From an uncultured candidatus Porisulfidus sp. (lineage in GTDB: Bacteria; Pseudomonadota; Gammaproteobacteria; Poriferisulfidales; Oxydemutatoraceae): DNA of 64,000 nt. Within the stretch, counting starts at the first letter, position 1; every line of letters starts with the position of its first letter. Position numbers and translations under genes: made by a program. The stretch is from contig OZ244118.1 of NCBI GenBank assembly GCA_965215765.1, positions 1,773,309 to 1,837,308 on the forward strand, written 5' to 3'. Positions 60,951 to 64,000 of this stretch are shown in pieces. The notes beneath the pieces were generated by a model. The model saw only the letters and a program-made list of their open reading frames with translations. It ran no database searches and was not told where the DNA came from.

Positions 60951-62155
60951 CAGTGAACCCGGGGCTGGCAAAACTCTACCAGTACCCTTTTGAGCGACTG
61001 TCCGGATTGCTCAAGAACATCCCCTGCCCTGATGACCTCATCCGGCTTTCAGTCGGAGAACCAAAACACAAGCCACCCGCTTTTGTTACTGCCCTGCTAC
61101 GGGAAGAAAACACTGGTTTGGGCAGTTATCCACCCACGCGCGGGTACGAGGAAACACGGAACGCTTGTGCCTCATGGCTGTGCAGGCGCTTTGGATTGCC
61201 TGACACGTCCATAACGGGCGAACGCCACGTGCTACCCGTAAACGGAACCCGCGAGGCCTTGTTTGCCATCGCGCAGTGCTTGATAGACAGCACTGAAAAC
61301 GGGTTGGTCATGCTCCCAAATCCGTTTTACCAAATCTATGAAGGAGCCGCGTTGCTTGCCGGTGCTGAACCCTTTTATTTGAACTGCCTCGCTGAAAATG
61401 ATTTTCTGCCTGACTTTGAAGACGCGAGCGAAAGCGACTGGAGACGCTGTCAACTGGTCTATATATGCTCACCCGGCAACCCCGCAGGGAAAGTGATGCC
61501 GCAGGAAATGTTGACAGAACTGATCCGCTTGGCGCACCGTTATGACTTCTGCATCATCTCAGACGAGTGCTATTCGGAAATCTACCTGGACGAAAGCACA
61601 CCACCGCATGGGCTGCTCAATGCTTCCCTGAACTTGTGTGACGACCATTACTCCCGCTGTCTTGCCTTATACAGCCTTTCCAAGCGTTCCAATCTGCCGG
61701 GCATGCGCTCCGGCTTTGTGGCCGGAGACCCGCAGTTGATTGCGTCTTTTGCGAAATACCGGAGCTATCACGGATGCGCCATGTCGCCCCTGTTTCAAAA
61801 ACTCAGCACCGCTGCCTGGTCTGACGAGGAGCATGTGCGTGAAAGCCGGGCGGCTTACCAAAGGAAGTTCCGGAACTTCAAAAATATCGTCTCCGAGCGC
61901 TTCGGGTTTAACGTTCCCGAAGGGGGCTTTTATTTCTGGCCGGGTGTCCGCTGCGCAGACGAAGACTTCACGCGTCGACTGTATGGTGCAAAAGGCCTGG
62001 AAGTCTTGCCTGGCTCCTATCTTTCGCGCTCGGTTCGAGGTTGCGACCCCGGTGCCGGACGCGTCCGCATTGCGCTGGTGCCGGAGGAAAAAACCTGCCA
62101 GGAAGCGGCGCACCGGTTACAGGAATTCCTGGAAGCTGAACACCCGCTTCATTGA
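60947..62155 (+). CDS. dapC: succinyldiaminopimelate transaminase
   Basis: YPFERL, GEPKH, VLPVNGTREALF, PNPFYQIYEGAA, SDECYSE, SLSKRSNLPGMRSGF, YHGCAM; clustered with dapD/E. Confidence 0.93.
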   Translation: MTVNPGLAKLYQYPFERLSGLLKNIPCPDDLIRLSVGEPKHKPPAFVTALLREENTGLGSYPPTRGYEETRNACASWLCRRFGLPDTSITGERHVLPVNGTREALFAIAQCLIDSTENGLVMLPNPFYQIYEGAALLAGAEPFYLNCLAENDFLPDFEDASESDWRRCQLVYICSPGNPAGKVMPQEMLTELIRLAHRYDFCIISDECYSEIYLDESTPPHGLLNASLNLCDDHYSRCLALYSLSKRSNLPGMRSGFVAGDPQLIASFAKYRSYHGCAMSPLFQKLSTAAWSDEEHVRESRAAYQRKFRNFKNIVSERFGFNVPEGGFYFWPGVRCADEDFTRRLYGAKGLEVLPGSYLSRSVRGCDPGAGRVRIALVPEEKTCQEAAHRLQEFLEAEHPLH

Positions 62156-62445
62156 GGCGGGCGTGGCGAAACATCTGCCACTTTGAACCACCTTCATCAT
62201 TTTTGCGCATCAAACGTGCTTCAGACGCACAGCAAAGCTTCTGAATGCTCATAAGCCGAGGCAGTCAGTGCTCATTAGCCCCGCTTTCCCTCAATGCCGG
62301 CAGTTTGTCATTTGTCATACTCCCGTCCTTGCACCATGAATCATGAGTTTTCCTTACAATAGAGCTCGCCTTGCTTTATCTGGAAGTTCCAAAAGGAAGT
62401 AAAGGGATATCTCTACTCACCCCATAAGTCCACAAGACAGGATGC

Positions 62446-63276
62446 ATGATGACTGAAACATTGAAAAGAACCATTGAGGCGGCTTATGAAGACCGCCTTT
62501 CCATTCAACCTGAAGACAACTCTCACCCGGCACGAAGTGCTGTTGAGGACTGTCTGGCGAAGCTGGATCAGGGAACACTGCGCGTCGCGGAGAAAATCAA
62601 CGGAGAATGGCAGGTGCATCAGTGGCTGAAAAAAGCCGTGCTGCTTGCCTTCAGATTCAAGAAAAGCAAAGTGACTGAAGCGGGCTATACGCGTTTTTTT
62701 GACAAGCTGGATCTGCGCTTCGCCTCATACGACGAAGCTCAATTCCAAAAAGAAAAAGTCCGGGTGGTTCCGGGGGCGACAGTCCGTAGAGGCTCTTACA
62801 TCGCGCCAAATGTTATTTTGATGCCCAGCTACGTCAACATTGGTGCCTATGTGGATTCCGGCACGATGGTGGACACTTGGGTCACGGTAGGCTCCTGTGC
62901 GCAAATCGGCAAGAACGTACACATCTCCGGTGGAGTGGGAATTGGCGGAGTGCTTGAACCTCTGCAGGCAAATCCCACGATCATAGAAGACGACTGTTTC
63001 ATCGGTGCCCGCTCGGAAATTGTGGAAGGAGTCGTGGTTGAAAGCGGTAGTGTCATTTCCATGGGCGTATATATCGGGAAAAGCACACGGATTTATGATC
63101 GCGAAAGCGGGAACATCTTTTATGGTCGTATCCCCTCAGGCTCGGTGGTCGTGTCCGGGTCGATCCCGTCGAAAGACGGTTCACACAGCCTTTACTGCGC
63201 TGTCATCGTCAAGAGAGTGGACGAAAAGACCCGGTCGAAAACGAGTATCAACCAGCTGCTTCGCCTGGCGGACTGA
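62446..63276 (+). CDS. dapD: tetrahydrodipicolinate N-succinyltransferase
   Basis: [64 protein letters not shown]. Confidence 0.98.
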   Translation: MMTETLKRTIEAAYEDRLSIQPEDNSHPARSAVEDCLAKLDQGTLRVAEKINGEWQVHQWLKKAVLLAFRFKKSKVTEAGYTRFFDKLDLRFASYDEAQFQKEKVRVVPGATVRRGSYIAPNVILMPSYVNIGAYVDSGTMVDTWVTVGSCAQIGKNVHISGGVGIGGVLEPLQANPTIIEDDCFIGARSEIVEGVVVESGSVISMGVYIGKSTRIYDRESGNIFYGRIPSGSVVVSGSIPSKDGSHSLYCAVIVKRVDEKTRSKTSINQLLRLAD

Positions 63277-64000
63277 TGAAAACGCTTGAGTTGACACGGG
63301 CTTTGATCCAGAAGCCCTCAGTCACTCCGGACGACTGTGGTTGCCAGGCTCTGATCGCGGATCGGCTCGCCAAGGTCGGCTTTGACATTCAGACCATGAA
63401 CTGCGAAGGCGTTTCCAATCTGTGGGCACGGCTGGGCAATGAACCGCCGCTGCTGGCATTTGCCGGACACACAGATGTTGTGCCAACCGGCGACCCAGCA
63501 ACGTGGAAGCACCCGCCTTTTGACGCTGTAGTAGAGGGCGATATCCTGTATGGGCGCGGCGCGGCAGATATGAAAAGCGGCGTGGCAGCGATGGTGGTGG
63601 CAAGCGAGCGTTTTGCCCCTCATCTGACTCATGGCTCACTCGCCTTGCTTTTGACCAGTGACGAAGAAGGTCCGGCTACATACGGAACGAAGCACGTGAT
63701 CCATAGCCTGCAGAAATCCGGCACAGAAATAGATTGGTGCGTGATCGGGGAACCTTCCTGTTCCGTTTCTTTTGGTGACTGCATCAAGCATGGACGGCGT
63801 GGCTCGTTAACCGGCTACCTGCGCATCAACGGAGTACAGGGTCACGTCGCCTACCCGGAAAAAACGCGCAACCCCATCCATGAATCCGCGCCATTTTTCA
63901 AAAAATTGTGCGCCGAAAGATGGGATGAGGGAAACAGCGATTTTCCTCCGACCCGTTTGCAAATTGTTGAAATACACGCCGGGGTCGGAGTTGACAATGT
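63276..64000 (+). CDS. dapE: succinyl-diaminopimelate desuccinylase (5' part; runs off the window)
   Basis: Manual translation gives [24 protein letters not shown]...FAGHTDVVPTG...GRGAADMKSG...TSDEEGPA...GEP...GRRGSL...GVQGHVAYP. ATG overlaps the dapD stop. Confidence 0.95.
   Translation, partial: MKTLELTRALIQKPSVTPDDCGCQALIADRLAKVGFDIQTMNCEGVSNLWARLGNEPPLLAFAGHTDVVPTGDPATWKHPPFDAVVEGDILYGRGAADMKSGVAAMVVASERFAPHLTHGSLALLLTSDEEGPATYGTKHVIHSLQKSGTEIDWCVIGEPSCSVSFGDCIKHGRRGSLTGYLRINGVQGHVAYPEKTRNPIHESAPFFKKLCAERWDEGNSDFPPTRLQIVEIHAGVGVDN

Overview
Chromosomal window from a Gammaproteobacterium, probably host-associated (inferred from the Fn3/GLUG adhesins and effector-like genes). The housekeeping backbone is lpxB', a DegT aminotransferase, mutM, a desaturase, folB, uppP, cca, groEL/groES, trxA, rho, purD/purH, cytochrome c5, map and dapC/D/E'. 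It is interrupted by four separate tandem-amplified blocks, and I found no transposase, integrase or reverse transcriptase. (1) A duplicated ~2.5 kb unit behind groEL carries two ~610-aa proteins whose N-termini resemble type III effector chaperone-binding regions. (2) An ~18 kb array holds four modular secreted GLUG/fibronectin-III genes, all ending in the invariant peptide VRLRLRGYLGGAVR. (3) The last ~300 bp of purD are present three times. (4) An ~12.5 kb array of five units built on 'exported-protein gene + spacer + tRNA-Arg(CCG)' carries different defence cargo at the tRNA 3' end in three units: a type II R-M pair, dcm plus a truncated GHKL ATPase, and qatBCD. A 44-bp motif is shared by the upstream regions of arrays (2) and (4). 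All family calls come from motif recognition by eye; no database searches were run.
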